Of a DNA stretch of 64,000 nt, positions 39,237 to 48,673 are shown one piece after another. The notes beneath the pieces were generated by a model, which saw only the letters and a list, made by a program, of their open reading frames with translations, did no database searches and was not told the DNA's origin. Each line of letters begins with the position of its first letter. Position 1 is the first letter of the stretch. Position numbers and translations under genes: made by a program. The DNA is from a virus (lineage: Duplodnaviria > Caudoviricetes): the IMG/VR virus record IMGVR_UViG_3300016744_000001, one strand, 5' to 3'.

Positions 39237-39270
39237 ATGTACTCCAGAGGGCATGCCCTCTGGAGTACAT
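39237..39270. terminator. 34-bp perfect palindrome between convergent genes
   Basis: ATGTACTCCAGAGGGCA|TGCCCTCTGGAGTACAT. Confidence 0.75.
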
Positions 39271-39272
39271 GT

Positions 39273-39872
39273 TTAGATCCCTAACCACGAAAGGAACTTG
39301 AAGAACAGTTCCTTTAACCCATTCGCAAAAGCGATGAGTCCAGTGATACTAGTTGCGATCACGATGATTACCTTCTTGATCGTTTTGACACGATTTTGGA
39401 AGGCTGTGTGTTGGTCAATCAAGACTTCGTGTTTCCGAATTTCCTTTTTGAGGACTGTCGTTGTTTCCGATGTTGTATTGATGAGCTGCTTAAGCTCAGA
39501 ACCCAACACGTCAACTGTTCCACGAAGTTCTGTAATCATGACGTACATTTTGTCTTGTTCGTCATTTTTGGTTTTGATTTCTTGAAGTGACAACCGAATC
39601 ATATCGATGTTGGTTGTAATCACCTCAATTTTGGTTGACAGAACGTTGACTTGTGCGTTGAACGGCTCAATTCCTTTCTTCCACTCCTCAACGGCCCTTA
39701 TCCTGTAATCTGCAGCATATTCATGTTGCAGCATGCGTTCACCAAGATCAGATAACACCTGCTGTTGATGCTGGACGCCATGAATGAGCTTCTGGATTGA
39801 GGTTTGAACGTCTCCGAGGTTTTTGACCAAGAGATCGATCTGTTGCTCAGTACCTGCAGGTGCCATAGACAT
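39273..39872 (-). CDS. Coiled-coil protein with a C-terminal transmembrane helix (holin-like candidate)
   Basis: KKVIIVIATSITGLIAFA hydrophobic segment; downstream of the endolysin. Confidence 0.5.
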   Translation of the reverse strand: MSMAPAGTEQQIDLLVKNLGDVQTSIQKLIHGVQHQQQVLSDLGERMLQHEYAADYRIRAVEEWKKGIEPFNAQVNVLSTKIEVITTNIDMIRLSLQEIKTKNDEQDKMYVMITELRGTVDVLGSELKQLINTTSETTTVLKKEIRKHEVLIDQHTAFQNRVKTIKKVIIVIATSITGLIAFANGLKELFFKFLSWLGI

Positions 39873-39925
39873 TTGGTGCCTTCCTTGAGCTGATTGTGAG
39901 AGCAGCTAGTGATGACTTACATTTA

Positions 39926-40291
39926 TCACTTGCCACTCTGCCAAATTCTGTACCCAGTACTTGGACTTTTGGTCTCAGCAGTCGGTGCCGGAAGGACTGT
40001 GACAGTATCCGTTTCTGGTGCAGAGTCATTGACGCTGCTACCCAGACAAGCCGTGTTTCCACCATAGTTACGCCCAAGTCTTACGGTGAGCTCCTTGAGC
40101 GTTGGTAACATGTCCGTTAGCTTTTGGCACTCTTGATTGAGTTCCGTAAGGTTGCTGCAAATTGTGTCGAAACACTTTACAGCATCATCAAACGACGGAC
40201 GGTCATGCGGGTAGCTTTGGGATTCAGTTTGAGAAGTCCCAAGTGACCCACTTAAGGGCCGAGGTGTATCGATGGTTGGTTCGTTGTTCAT
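39926..40291 (-). CDS. Hypothetical protein
   Basis: AGAGGG RBS before ATG 40291. Confidence 0.45.
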   Translation of the reverse strand: MNNEPTIDTPRPLSGSLGTSQTESQSYPHDRPSFDDAVKCFDTICSNLTELNQECQKLTDMLPTLKELTVRLGRNYGGNTACLGSSVNDSAPETDTVTVLPAPTAETKSPSTGYRIWQSGK

Positions 40292-40316
40292 GATGTTCCC
40301 TCTACGTCTGTCAGGG

Positions 40317-40820
40317 TTAAACATCAAGTTTGATAATCGAACCATCAGCATTCTGACAGTTCCAAATATCAAAGTGGAACCAAGATATCTGCTTACCACC
40401 GGACAAGTTTTCTACTCGTCCTATGTACTGAAAGCAAGCAGTATCTTTGGTGACTCTGGATTTGAATCCAGGAAGAAAACAACCTGCCTTTTCCATCTCT
40501 GCCCGGATAGCTTCAGCCGTGGCATCGGCGAAATTGCAGTCCAATGCTGCACCACGTTTGTGCGGACCAAACATAGCGCCAGTGGAGTCATTCGTGCGCA
40601 AACCGCGTTGACTGAATGAGCCACCTGACTTCCAGTTGTTGACGGTTAGTGAACCAAACCGCTCACGCAGCATGTCCGCTGTCATCAACACCAGAGGGTT
40701 AAATTGCCAGAAGATGCGCTGGTCGCCGCCCCCATCACTCTGGACGGCCTTGTAATACTTTTCGTCACACAATTCCCAAGCTTTGAGGTACTTGGGGGTG
40801 TAGAATGTCGGCAACGCCAT
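40317..40820 (-). CDS. Peptidase M15-family endolysin
   Basis: RGLR, HKRGAALD (HxxxxxxD) and WFHFD zinc ligands. Confidence 0.85.
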   Translation of the reverse strand: MALPTFYTPKYLKAWELCDEKYYKAVQSDGGGDQRIFWQFNPLVLMTADMLRERFGSLTVNNWKSGGSFSQRGLRTNDSTGAMFGPHKRGAALDCNFADATAEAIRAEMEKAGCFLPGFKSRVTKDTACFQYIGRVENLSGGKQISWFHFDIWNCQNADGSIIKLDV

Positions 40821-40862
40821 GACGTGGATTCCTTAATTGTTCTGTAGAGGTTACCTACGCGC

Positions 40863-41297
40863 TTATTTGAAGCACATGCGTAGCGCAAACGCTACTTCAG
40901 GAGTAGCGGCACCATCAGGATCACCAAGAGCAGTATAACAAATCTTGATGAAGGAACAAACATCATCAAAATCATACCGCTTGAAATAGTTTTGTCCTTT
41001 TGGTACCGTAAATGTAGGAATACTGGGGCATGGCACCCACAGATCACCAATGCTGGACATGGGGGGAGCCGTCCAACCTGGGATATCTGGGCGATCGCCA
41101 AACGGCATGGTCCCAATATTCGCCATCCACACCTCAACCTCAACAGGAGAACTCGCAACGGCATGAATTGAGCAGGCGGTCATCGTTTCATATGAAGCCT
41201 GTGCGAGAACAATCTGTTGCGAGTTCACCACACCTGGCTTCAATTTGGTAAACGTTTCACTGAACTGATTGGGAATGGAAAAAGTATGCATGCCCAT
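40863..41297 (-). CDS. Hypothetical beta-rich protein, possibly structural
   Basis: AGGAG RBS before ATG 41297. Confidence 0.6.
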   Translation of the reverse strand: MGMHTFSIPNQFSETFTKLKPGVVNSQQIVLAQASYETMTACSIHAVASSPVEVEVWMANIGTMPFGDRPDIPGWTAPPMSSIGDLWVPCPSIPTFTVPKGQNYFKRYDFDDVCSFIKICYTALGDPDGAATPEVAFALRMCFK

Positions 41298-41320
41298 TGT
41301 TGAGTAGCTCCTGTTAATGA

Positions 41321-41360
41321 ATGACATGGGTGGGTGGGATTAACCACCCACCCATGTCAT
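41321..41360. terminator. 17-bp stem hairpin
   Basis: ATGACATGGGTGGGTGG-GATTAA-CCACCCACCCATGTCAT. Confidence 0.7.
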
Positions 41361-41392
41361 GTTGTCAGTCTGTGAACAAACTGATTGGGCTA

Positions 41393-41989
41393 CTACGCCT
41401 GGTAGTAACCGGCCAGTTCGGTGGCGTTCACGCCGGACACGATAATGGTGTCGGTGTAGCGCACGGCGTCAGTGTTCAAGGTGGCCAGTGTGGTGCGTTC
41501 GGTAGCCAGCATCATAACCTTGCTGGTACCATCGTTGATGGAGTCGGCCGTGTCCGTGTTCTTGTTGAAGTACGGGGTAAGGTCGATGTCCATGGCTTCC
41601 TGTTCAAACAGCTTGTCCCAAGCGGAGCTGGTGGAGTTCCACACGTAGCCGGCCTGTTTCTTGGTCGTGGTGATTGTGGGATCGGCGGAAGCGTCGAGCA
41701 CGATCACGAGGCCATGCTTCTGGTCAGCGGCCAGGGCATCACGGGCAGCGATGTCAGCCACGTAGCGGTAGGTCTGCACGGTCTGCACGAGCTGCTGGCT
41801 GTAGTACACGGGGGTTTCGGACCAGGTGTGGGTACCATCACCGATCTTGATCACGCCGGTGTCAGAAGCGTAGCACATCATGTTCGCCATCAGCACGGGG
41901 TTGGTGGCGGACCACTGGGCTTCGGTGGCACCGTTCAGAAGTTGGACAACCTTGAGGGTTTTGACAGTGGGTTTCAGCGTAACGGCCAT
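41393..41989 (-). CDS. Fibre/decoration protein with an Mtd-N/hyaluronidase-N-like domain
   Basis: WSATNPVL...DTGVIKIGDGTHTW motif, then VADIAARDAL...VLDASADPT; strong RBS and codon bias. Confidence 0.75.
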   Translation of the reverse strand: MAVTLKPTVKTLKVVQLLNGATEAQWSATNPVLMANMMCYASDTGVIKIGDGTHTWSETPVYYSQQLVQTVQTYRYVADIAARDALAADQKHGLVIVLDASADPTITTTKKQAGYVWNSTSSAWDKLFEQEAMDIDLTPYFNKNTDTADSINDGTSKVMMLATERTTLATLNTDAVRYTDTIIVSGVNATELAGYYQA

Positions 41990-42122
41990 GATAACACTCC
42001 TTGGTGTTCTTTGTATATTTGATTGAAGAACGTATCACAACAGCGTGGTAGCGTATTCAACCATAACATGTCGTTTTAAACGACAGAGGTTCCGAATTGT
42101 ATGCTCTTAAACAACACTTCTC

Positions 42123-43178
42123 ATGGAGAAAAGTTCCATGTTCAATCCTTCTGAACTCATTGACCACTTGCGAGAGATCTCACCAACTATCTGTGACTAC
42201 CTTGATCGTGAACAGTATCGTGGCAGCTACGAGAATGTTTACGAGTTTGATCCGCTTATGCAAGTGAACATGGTTTTGCCCATCCTTATAAAGGAACTGC
42301 AACAATTGGGGATCAGCTTCAGCTTGCCCCAAGAAGATATCGTGTCGGATGTCAACTATGTTGATGCCCTCTGCGCTCTTCGTGAGTTCTTTGATAAGGA
42401 TAACTTTTACCAGGTTGTGTTCAACAAACCCATCTTGGTAAAGAAAATCCGGACATTGTTTCAGAGTCAGGATATTCGTGTTGCTCAGTATGCATCACAT
42501 ATCTTGGATTTGTGTGCGGAGTCCAGGTCTGGTGACCAGTTACAAATCAAACGGTCGGAATCACTTCAGGATTACTTGGAGACCGATAGCAACTTCACGG
42601 CACACATTTCTGCCGTCCTTGACCTGGGCATCCCTAAGAGTCACATGTCTGAGGATAAACTCATGGTGGCGATGCAGTTTGTCAATAACGTGTTGATGCA
42701 GCAGTTGTATCCTTTGCATCAACGCTGTTGTCGCAAGCTGAAAGAGACTAAAGTACCAGTAGACTTCATTCCTGATTCAACTGAGTACGTACAATTTTGG
42801 TACGACTTGGACATGATTGAGCAGTTTGCATGGTTGAGTAACTTGCGCAAGGACGATCTTGACAACAGCACTCCACGTGGTTTGCTTAATTGGAACATTC
42901 TTGCCAAGATTCATTTGCAATCTGACAAGTTGAATACCAGCATGCTTGCTCACTATGAACACCGTGAAGGAAGCCAAGAAGCCTTGCTCAAATGCATCGT
43001 CCATCAGGCGATTGTAAACTTCGTGGGTAAAAAACCTGCAAGTTATCCTGCGCTTCAATACCTGCTTTCCAATCCGAAACTGGCAGATGTGAATCGCGGG
43101 CAATGGGAATCATTCTCTGAAGATCAACGTGAACAGATCAATCACCTTTTGTACACCGTGCTTGTTGATCTTGATTAG
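42123..43178 (+). CDS. Hypothetical protein upstream of vRNAP beta'
   Basis: 351-aa ORF with GGAG RBS. Confidence 0.7.
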   Translation: MEKSSMFNPSELIDHLREISPTICDYLDREQYRGSYENVYEFDPLMQVNMVLPILIKELQQLGISFSLPQEDIVSDVNYVDALCALREFFDKDNFYQVVFNKPILVKKIRTLFQSQDIRVAQYASHILDLCAESRSGDQLQIKRSESLQDYLETDSNFTAHISAVLDLGIPKSHMSEDKLMVAMQFVNNVLMQQLYPLHQRCCRKLKETKVPVDFIPDSTEYVQFWYDLDMIEQFAWLSNLRKDDLDNSTPRGLLNWNILAKIHLQSDKLNTSMLAHYEHREGSQEALLKCIVHQAIVNFVGKKPASYPALQYLLSNPKLADVNRGQWESFSEDQREQINHLLYTVLVDLD

Positions 43179-43189
43179 GAGAAGACATC

Positions 43190-44920
43190 GTGAAACAAAC
43201 CGCTGAAATGGCGTGGTATATGGCAGCTAGCAGACGACGGTCGTTGTTGAAACGAGCGTCATTGTTACTGTTGCATGCTTGCCCAAAAATGCCAATCCTT
43301 AAGTTGCTCTCTACCTTGCACTACGACATTACTGGCAAGGTCATTTTTCCAAGACCTAACGTCAAGCGATTAGCAATTGGTGAAATCGCTGATTTTCCAG
43401 AGATCACCCAGTTATCTGAGGAACACATTACCAAAATCCAGACTGAATACGTCATCACGGTACTCAATGATCAATACATCGCACTGGATTGGGTAGATGA
43501 TCATCTCAGATTGATTGGCTTGTCAGTTGATCTGACGGTTCCTCCGTTCTATCGGTACGATTTTCTGATCGTGTATGATGGAGACATTGAAAACTTTCCT
43601 GGTCAAAAGTTTTCGACTACCTATGGACGATACGTCGCGAACTATTACCAGATTGCTGCTAACTTGATCAATGATTCAAAGAACGTTGATCCACTACTGA
43701 AGTTCCGAAATGAAACATGGAACATCGACAAGTTTGAAGGTGGTTTGACCGAGTTACTGATGGAACACAAATTGGACGTTGGACCAGTCAACAAGTACGT
43801 TGACTTTGCTTACTTTCTTTCCTCGATTGGTGAGATCTGTGGAGCAACATTAACCAAGAAAGCTGTCATCCCAGACCCGGCAATTGCAAAACGTCGAGAT
43901 GAATTGTATAAGAAATACGAAGGCCAGTTGTCTGACCCTCGTATTTCGACAATCATTGAAAACGAATTGATCGCCATGGATAAGGAATACCTTAAAGGTG
44001 ATCCATCTATGGCATTTCTTGGTGACTCGGGTAAGAAGTTCAACGTTCATAGAAAACGTCAGTACATTGCTGTCGGTTTGCTGGAAGAGTTTAGTAAATC
44101 GAAAGGCAAATATGAATTCATCAAAGAGTCATTGTCAGATGGTTGGAACAAAAATTCATTCAAGGCTATCTGCGATGAAATCCGTCGTGGTTCGTTTGAC
44201 CGTGGTGTCGAAACTCAAGTTGCTGGTTTGGATACCAAGTGGATGGTTGCAGTGTTTCAAAACTGCAAAATCATGGGTCATGATTGTGGGTCCAAGCAAA
44301 CACTAAGTGTAACACCAACTGCGGTAACCATCAATTCGTACATTGGTGCTTACATGAAGTCTGATCAAAAGCTTCCAGTGAAGATGATCAACTTCCCCAA
44401 GGAAGAATGGGATCGAATCCAAAATCAAAAAATTATCTACACCACCAGAATCTCTGATGATAAGGATAAATACAAGATTGGGGATATCGTACTGGCACCT
44501 TGGGGCAAACATTACAATGTTATTGACCGCAGTGTATTTGATGATGTCGAACGGCATCCCTTCAGGAGGGACTTGACTCAAGCACAAGCTGATTTGCTTG
44601 CTGGCAAACAGTTTGCTGTCTTGAAACTGGTTCTGACTGATGTGATTCCAGGGTATCAGCCAATCACCAGAGAAAACTGCAAATCATTTGTGGGTCAGAC
44701 GATTCAGATTCGTAGCATGCAGTATTGCAAACAGCCTTATGGCTTTTGTGAAGTGTGTGCGGGCAAGTCGTTTACGGATCTGGACTTTAAGAACATTGGG
44801 ACAATCCCCATTGATATTGGCGCGGTGTTTCTGGCACTAAGCATGAAGTCCATGCATGGTACAAAGATCGACAGCTTCCGGATAGAAACTCCAGAAGCGC
44901 TTGATCGCTATTTCATATAG
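43190..44920 (+). CDS. Virion RNA polymerase beta' C-terminal subunit (phiKZ gp80-like) with an inserted ASCH-like domain
   Basis: TTYGR, SLSDGW, RRGSFDRGVETQVAG (bridge helix), DCGS...RSMQYC...CEVCAG zinc site, MKSMHG (trigger loop). Confidence 0.9.
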   Translation: MKQTAEMAWYMAASRRRSLLKRASLLLLHACPKMPILKLLSTLHYDITGKVIFPRPNVKRLAIGEIADFPEITQLSEEHITKIQTEYVITVLNDQYIALDWVDDHLRLIGLSVDLTVPPFYRYDFLIVYDGDIENFPGQKFSTTYGRYVANYYQIAANLINDSKNVDPLLKFRNETWNIDKFEGGLTELLMEHKLDVGPVNKYVDFAYFLSSIGEICGATLTKKAVIPDPAIAKRRDELYKKYEGQLSDPRISTIIENELIAMDKEYLKGDPSMAFLGDSGKKFNVHRKRQYIAVGLLEEFSKSKGKYEFIKESLSDGWNKNSFKAICDEIRRGSFDRGVETQVAGLDTKWMVAVFQNCKIMGHDCGSKQTLSVTPTAVTINSYIGAYMKSDQKLPVKMINFPKEEWDRIQNQKIIYTTRISDDKDKYKIGDIVLAPWGKHYNVIDRSVFDDVERHPFRRDLTQAQADLLAGKQFAVLKLVLTDVIPGYQPITRENCKSFVGQTIQIRSMQYCKQPYGFCEVCAGKSFTDLDFKNIGTIPIDIGAVFLALSMKSMHGTKIDSFRIETPEALDRYFI

Positions 44921-44953
44921 AATGAGTTTAGAACACTCTACCGAAAAGGAACT

Positions 44954-45559
44954 TTGATCATGTCAACAGCAATGTCTCCAGCAGATATGGCGAAGACCGC
45001 CACAGATTCCACGACCACAGATTCCACTGATACAAAAGCGGCCGCCAAAACCACTGGCACTGCTTCTGACACCAGCAGCAAACCTGCGGTGATCCTATCG
45101 ACAGCGGCACAGCAGTCAGCTGTGTCCACCAGCGTGACCCAAATTCAGGCACTGTGTGACCAGTTCCTCAAAGTGCGTAATGGTAGCAAGCTCACACAGC
45201 TCGTGTCCGGTCAAGAAGAGACCTATGCCCACAGAAGCGTCAAAGCTTTGGGCAACCTGCTGAACTACATCTGGGCCAACCAGAACGACATTCAGGTCAT
45301 TGAGACCTTCCGCAAATTCATGGTGGCCAACCGCAACGGTCAGCTTTCTTGTGAAAATGCCCTGCAGGGCATGAACTATGTCAACTCGGAGATGCTCCGT
45401 AATCGGTACAGTCTCATGTACATGCTCATGTTTGAACTGACCAACCCCACCCGTACCCGTACGGCGTATGACTACATCAATGCAAGCAAGGCTTGTAACA
45501 ACCCCGCCTGCGCCAACCCGAATGGGTATGTCGTATACGTGCAATCACGTATGGCTTAA
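44954..45559 (+). CDS. Hypothetical protein, possibly virion-associated
   Basis: Thr/Ala-rich N-terminus; AAAGGA RBS. Confidence 0.65.
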   Translation: MIMSTAMSPADMAKTATDSTTTDSTDTKAAAKTTGTASDTSSKPAVILSTAAQQSAVSTSVTQIQALCDQFLKVRNGSKLTQLVSGQEETYAHRSVKALGNLLNYIWANQNDIQVIETFRKFMVANRNGQLSCENALQGMNYVNSEMLRNRYSLMYMLMFELTNPTRTRTAYDYINASKACNNPACANPNGYVVYVQSRMA

Positions 45560-45591
45560 ATGGTCAGTACTTGAGCGTTGGACAATGTCCA

Positions 45592-45627
45592 CTATCCTCA
45601 CCACTCCGTGTGGAGTGGTGAGGATAG
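45592..45627. terminator. 16-bp stem hairpin between convergent genes
   Basis: CTATCCTCACCACTCC-GTGT-GGAGTGGTGAGGATAG. Confidence 0.75.
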
Positions 45628-45642
45628 CTCAAGTGCGAACGA

Positions 45643-46167
45643 CTAGGTGATGTCCTGGTTGTCCATCTTCAATTCGCCAGTGTCATACGTGACCGATCCC
45701 ATACCCGCAAGTTTGGCATCGATGTCATTGATGGCGTCCATGGACAGGTCATCATGAGCAGAAGGAACGAAGGCTGTTTTGGCGTCTACTTTGAAGTCAG
45801 TGAGTACCTTGGCAACAAGCTCACCAAGTAGCTTATTACTGCTCTCACTGTCTCTCTGCTTCATTCTGGTCACAACCCGAGTAGTGAATGCCTTTTCACG
45901 AGAAGAGAGCAGAGAATCGAAGCCACTAAGCAATTTAAGCTGTGCTTCAAGTTGTTCTGCATCACCCATGGGATTGATGTCAAGTTTCTCAATCCCACTG
46001 GCAAATTTCTGCTGGATCATCCCACGAGCTTGGGCTGTACTATTATATACTTGATCCATTCTGCTCAAAAGTTCATTCGTATCTTCAATATGCTCGAGGA
46101 TTACATCAGGGAGTTCGATGGGGGAAGCTTTCTGTTCGGTGGTTTGAGTATCCATCTTGATCACCAA
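45643..46167 (-). CDS. Hypothetical helical protein
   Basis: About 170-aa ORF ending at a hairpin. Confidence 0.7.
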   Translation of the reverse strand: MVIKMDTQTTEQKASPIELPDVILEHIEDTNELLSRMDQVYNSTAQARGMIQQKFASGIEKLDINPMGDAEQLEAQLKLLSGFDSLLSSREKAFTTRVVTRMKQRDSESSNKLLGELVAKVLTDFKVDAKTAFVPSAHDDLSMDAINDIDAKLAGMGSVTYDTGELKMDNQDIT

Positions 46168-46271
46168 AATCCTATATAGTTATTTTTACAGTTTCAGTCT
46201 GTATCATCGGATATATGTATTCAAGGGTGATTTTTTTGGTTTTCTGGTGTGCACCAGAAATACCTTAACGC

Positions 46272-46279
46272 TATATTAC
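46272..46279 (+). promoter_or_regulatory. Early promoter motif TATATTAC
   Basis: Exact phiKZ early consensus upstream of the 46401 operon. Confidence 0.7.
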
Positions 46280-46400
46280 TACATTGATAGTAATGTCGCA
46301 AAACCAATACAATCCTAGGAGTTTACGAATGACAAGCGTGATCTGGTTGTGGTCGCACCATGGTACTTTTGTGAATTAACCAACAGCACAGAGGTACCTC

Positions 46401-46928
46401 ATGGGGAAGCTCATAACAACAACGTACCCTCCACTGATTGACGTTAAATCAGGAATGTCAATTCAGCAGATGCTACAACAGTCCAAAGGTCGGATTATTG
46501 CAATTTGTGAGACAGCACCAAAGGTTCCAGACGAAGCCTTGATGTTCCAGCTCAAGGATATTGCTGCTGTCCAAAATCCAATTGCTAAACTCACTCGGAT
46601 GATCATCTACCGGATGCGACTCACAGAAGACATGTTCTACGAGCGACATCGTAAGTACAAGGAGTCCATCGGGAAGACACCATCCCAGATCAACACTGAC
46701 AAAGGCAATCTCAAAAAGACGATCATGACACCACGGATCACGATCAAGCAATTTGAGTCGATCATGTCAGTTTTGAACTACGATATCGACGACATGGTGT
46801 TTATCATCAAAGATCGTGATAATGGGAAGGTCGAGGAGTTCAGCTTATCCGATCTTGACAAGATTGGTACGCCAAGGGCAGGCAGAAGTTTTGTCAACGA
46901 TGATTTAACCGTCGATGACGACGAGTAA
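46401..46928 (+). CDS. Hypothetical protein, possible HTH
   Basis: GAGG RBS; KGNLKKTIMTPRITIKQFESIMSVL. Confidence 0.7.
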   Translation: MGKLITTTYPPLIDVKSGMSIQQMLQQSKGRIIAICETAPKVPDEALMFQLKDIAAVQNPIAKLTRMIIYRMRLTEDMFYERHRKYKESIGKTPSQINTDKGNLKKTIMTPRITIKQFESIMSVLNYDIDDMVFIIKDRDNGKVEEFSLSDLDKIGTPRAGRSFVNDDLTVDDDE

Positions 46929-46940
46929 CTGGAGAGAATC

Positions 46941-47189
46941 ATGAGTTGTTTCGACAGTGTTTATGTCAAGTGTCCGAACTGTGGCAGAGAAATGGAATTC
47001 CAGTCGAAGGCTGACAAGTGCGAGATGCAATCATTTACCACTCAGGCAGTACCAGTCAAAGTTGCTGTTGACCTTGATGATAATTCAGACACTTGCCCAA
47101 AGTGTCAATCACAGGTTGTGCTGCACGCAGTGGGTATTCCTGTGCGGGTCACCATGGTGGCTGAAATCATTGAAGAAGAAGAGGATTAA
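46941..47189 (+). CDS. Small zinc-ribbon protein
   Basis: CPNC...CPKC; GGAG RBS. Confidence 0.75.
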   Translation: MSCFDSVYVKCPNCGREMEFQSKADKCEMQSFTTQAVPVKVAVDLDDNSDTCPKCQSQVVLHAVGIPVRVTMVAEIIEEEED

Positions 47190-47191
47190 CA

Positions 47192-47425
47192 ATGGCGGTC
47201 ATCAAGATTCCTTGCCCGAAGTGTGGCCACGGCAACAGTGTTTACACTGACGGCATGGATACCACCATGCGAGAATATCCTATCAAGAAGGTGCCAGTCC
47301 AGATGGCACTGCGTCTTTTGTCAGATGAAGAAACTGTGGAATGTGAACACTGCCACCGTACTATTGACATCACTTGCCCAGCGCTTACCGGAACGGTTGA
47401 ACTTGTTCCAGTCATCGCTGAGTGA
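47192..47425 (+). CDS. Small zinc-ribbon protein, paralog of the previous gene
   Basis: CPKC...CEHC; shared VPV motif. Confidence 0.75.
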   Translation: MAVIKIPCPKCGHGNSVYTDGMDTTMREYPIKKVPVQMALRLLSDEETVECEHCHRTIDITCPALTGTVELVPVIAE

Positions 47426-47435
47426 TTGCCATTGG

Positions 47436-47465
47436 GTACCCAGAGGGGATATCCCCTCTGGGTAC
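47436..47465. terminator. 30-bp perfect palindrome
   Basis: GTACCCAGAGGGGAT|ATCCCCTCTGGGTAC. Confidence 0.7.
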
Positions 47466-47618
47466 TTGCGGAGTAGATTCAATCGATGAGTCCCACAAGA
47501 CAATCACAGATCACCCGGATCTGAATTATCAGAGTCAACACGACAATGATAACGACTGCTAATGGTAAGTGAGCATTCCATACAGGAGCAAGATCAAAAT
47601 CAACACCATGAGGACAAA

Positions 47619-48125
47619 ATGATAACGATTGCTTTTGTTCATCAAGAGCAGAAAAATTGTAATGCCTACGGGATCAGGTTAGTCGCGGATACTCGCAAGG
47701 AATTTGAAACTATTGACAGAGAATGTCTTGCACCTTGGCAAAGTCTGACATTTGCTCATCTTCAACGGGACAAGTATGAAGTTATTTCACATCGGGATGA
47801 TTTTGGTGAGATAGGTAAAACCATCTTGACTGAAAGTTGGAATAAAGACGGGATACTTGAGCACCGATTGATTTCCTCATTGCTCAAGTTCAAAAAGAAC
47901 AAACAGAATAATGTCCATATGGTTGGCACTGTTCGTGACATGCAGTATTTCTCCAAAGAACTAGCGCAAACAGTGTACCAGCGATTAGAGTATTTCAAGA
48001 CCATTGCGAATGCGGTATTCCGTGTTAAAGATCTACCGCAGGATTTTTTCGATGATGAAGCAATCTCATTCACTGAAAAAGAAAGAGAGGACTTGATTTA
48101 TCGTCTAATGTCTAGAGATCATTAA
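47619..48125 (+). CDS. Hypothetical protein
   Basis: GAGGA RBS before ATG 47619. Confidence 0.65.
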   Translation: MITIAFVHQEQKNCNAYGIRLVADTRKEFETIDRECLAPWQSLTFAHLQRDKYEVISHRDDFGEIGKTILTESWNKDGILEHRLISSLLKFKKNKQNNVHMVGTVRDMQYFSKELAQTVYQRLEYFKTIANAVFRVKDLPQDFFDDEAISFTEKEREDLIYRLMSRDH

Positions 48126-48139
48126 CAGCGGAGGATAGG

Positions 48140-48673
48140 ATGATCCAGTACACCATGAGTCCTGACCGCACAGGGTTCATCGTTATGAGCGATGACCGCA
48201 TGCAATTCAACCAGTTTATAGAAGCACTGAATCTTCCAGAAATTACTGGTTGTGATCCTTACCCCGCAACTTGGTCTGAGAACGGAATCTTTAACCAGTT
48301 TGATGGGTCGTTTGGTCAATTCCCACGGCATAGTAAACAGTGGAAGGAGACTGAGATCACCCCTGGGGAAGATCCAATGACAGCAGTCGTCTTTTGTTTG
48401 TGGACGATCCATCAATGGAGTGAGACTGAGTATTTCCGGTGTCGGGTAAACAATGAAAACTTTGGTAGTGACGATCGTGTCCTTAACCAAGTTGAACTGT
48501 TGTCCACCTGTAAAAATACTAACCCTGAGAAAAACAAAGCCACCCTTCATTTAAAGATGGATGCTCCATGGGAAAACGTTTTCGCGGTTACCACTACAAA
48601 CTGGCGGCTTTGGCGGGAGTTACTTCAAGTAGTTTGTCGAAGTCTTATGGCAGTAGGAGCAAAACGTGCATAG
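48140..48673 (+). CDS. Hypothetical protein, paralog family
   Basis: GGAGG RBS; FAVTTTNWRLW motif. Confidence 0.7.
   Translation: MIQYTMSPDRTGFIVMSDDRMQFNQFIEALNLPEITGCDPYPATWSENGIFNQFDGSFGQFPRHSKQWKETEITPGEDPMTAVVFCLWTIHQWSETEYFRCRVNNENFGSDDRVLNQVELLSTCKNTNPEKNKATLHLKMDAPWENVFAVTTTNWRLWRELLQVVCRSLMAVGAKRA

Noticed and set aside
41393-41989. Diversity-generating retroelement target (Mtd-like)
   Set aside because: Only the N-terminal Mtd-like motif is present; no reverse transcriptase or TR/VR repeat pair seen.
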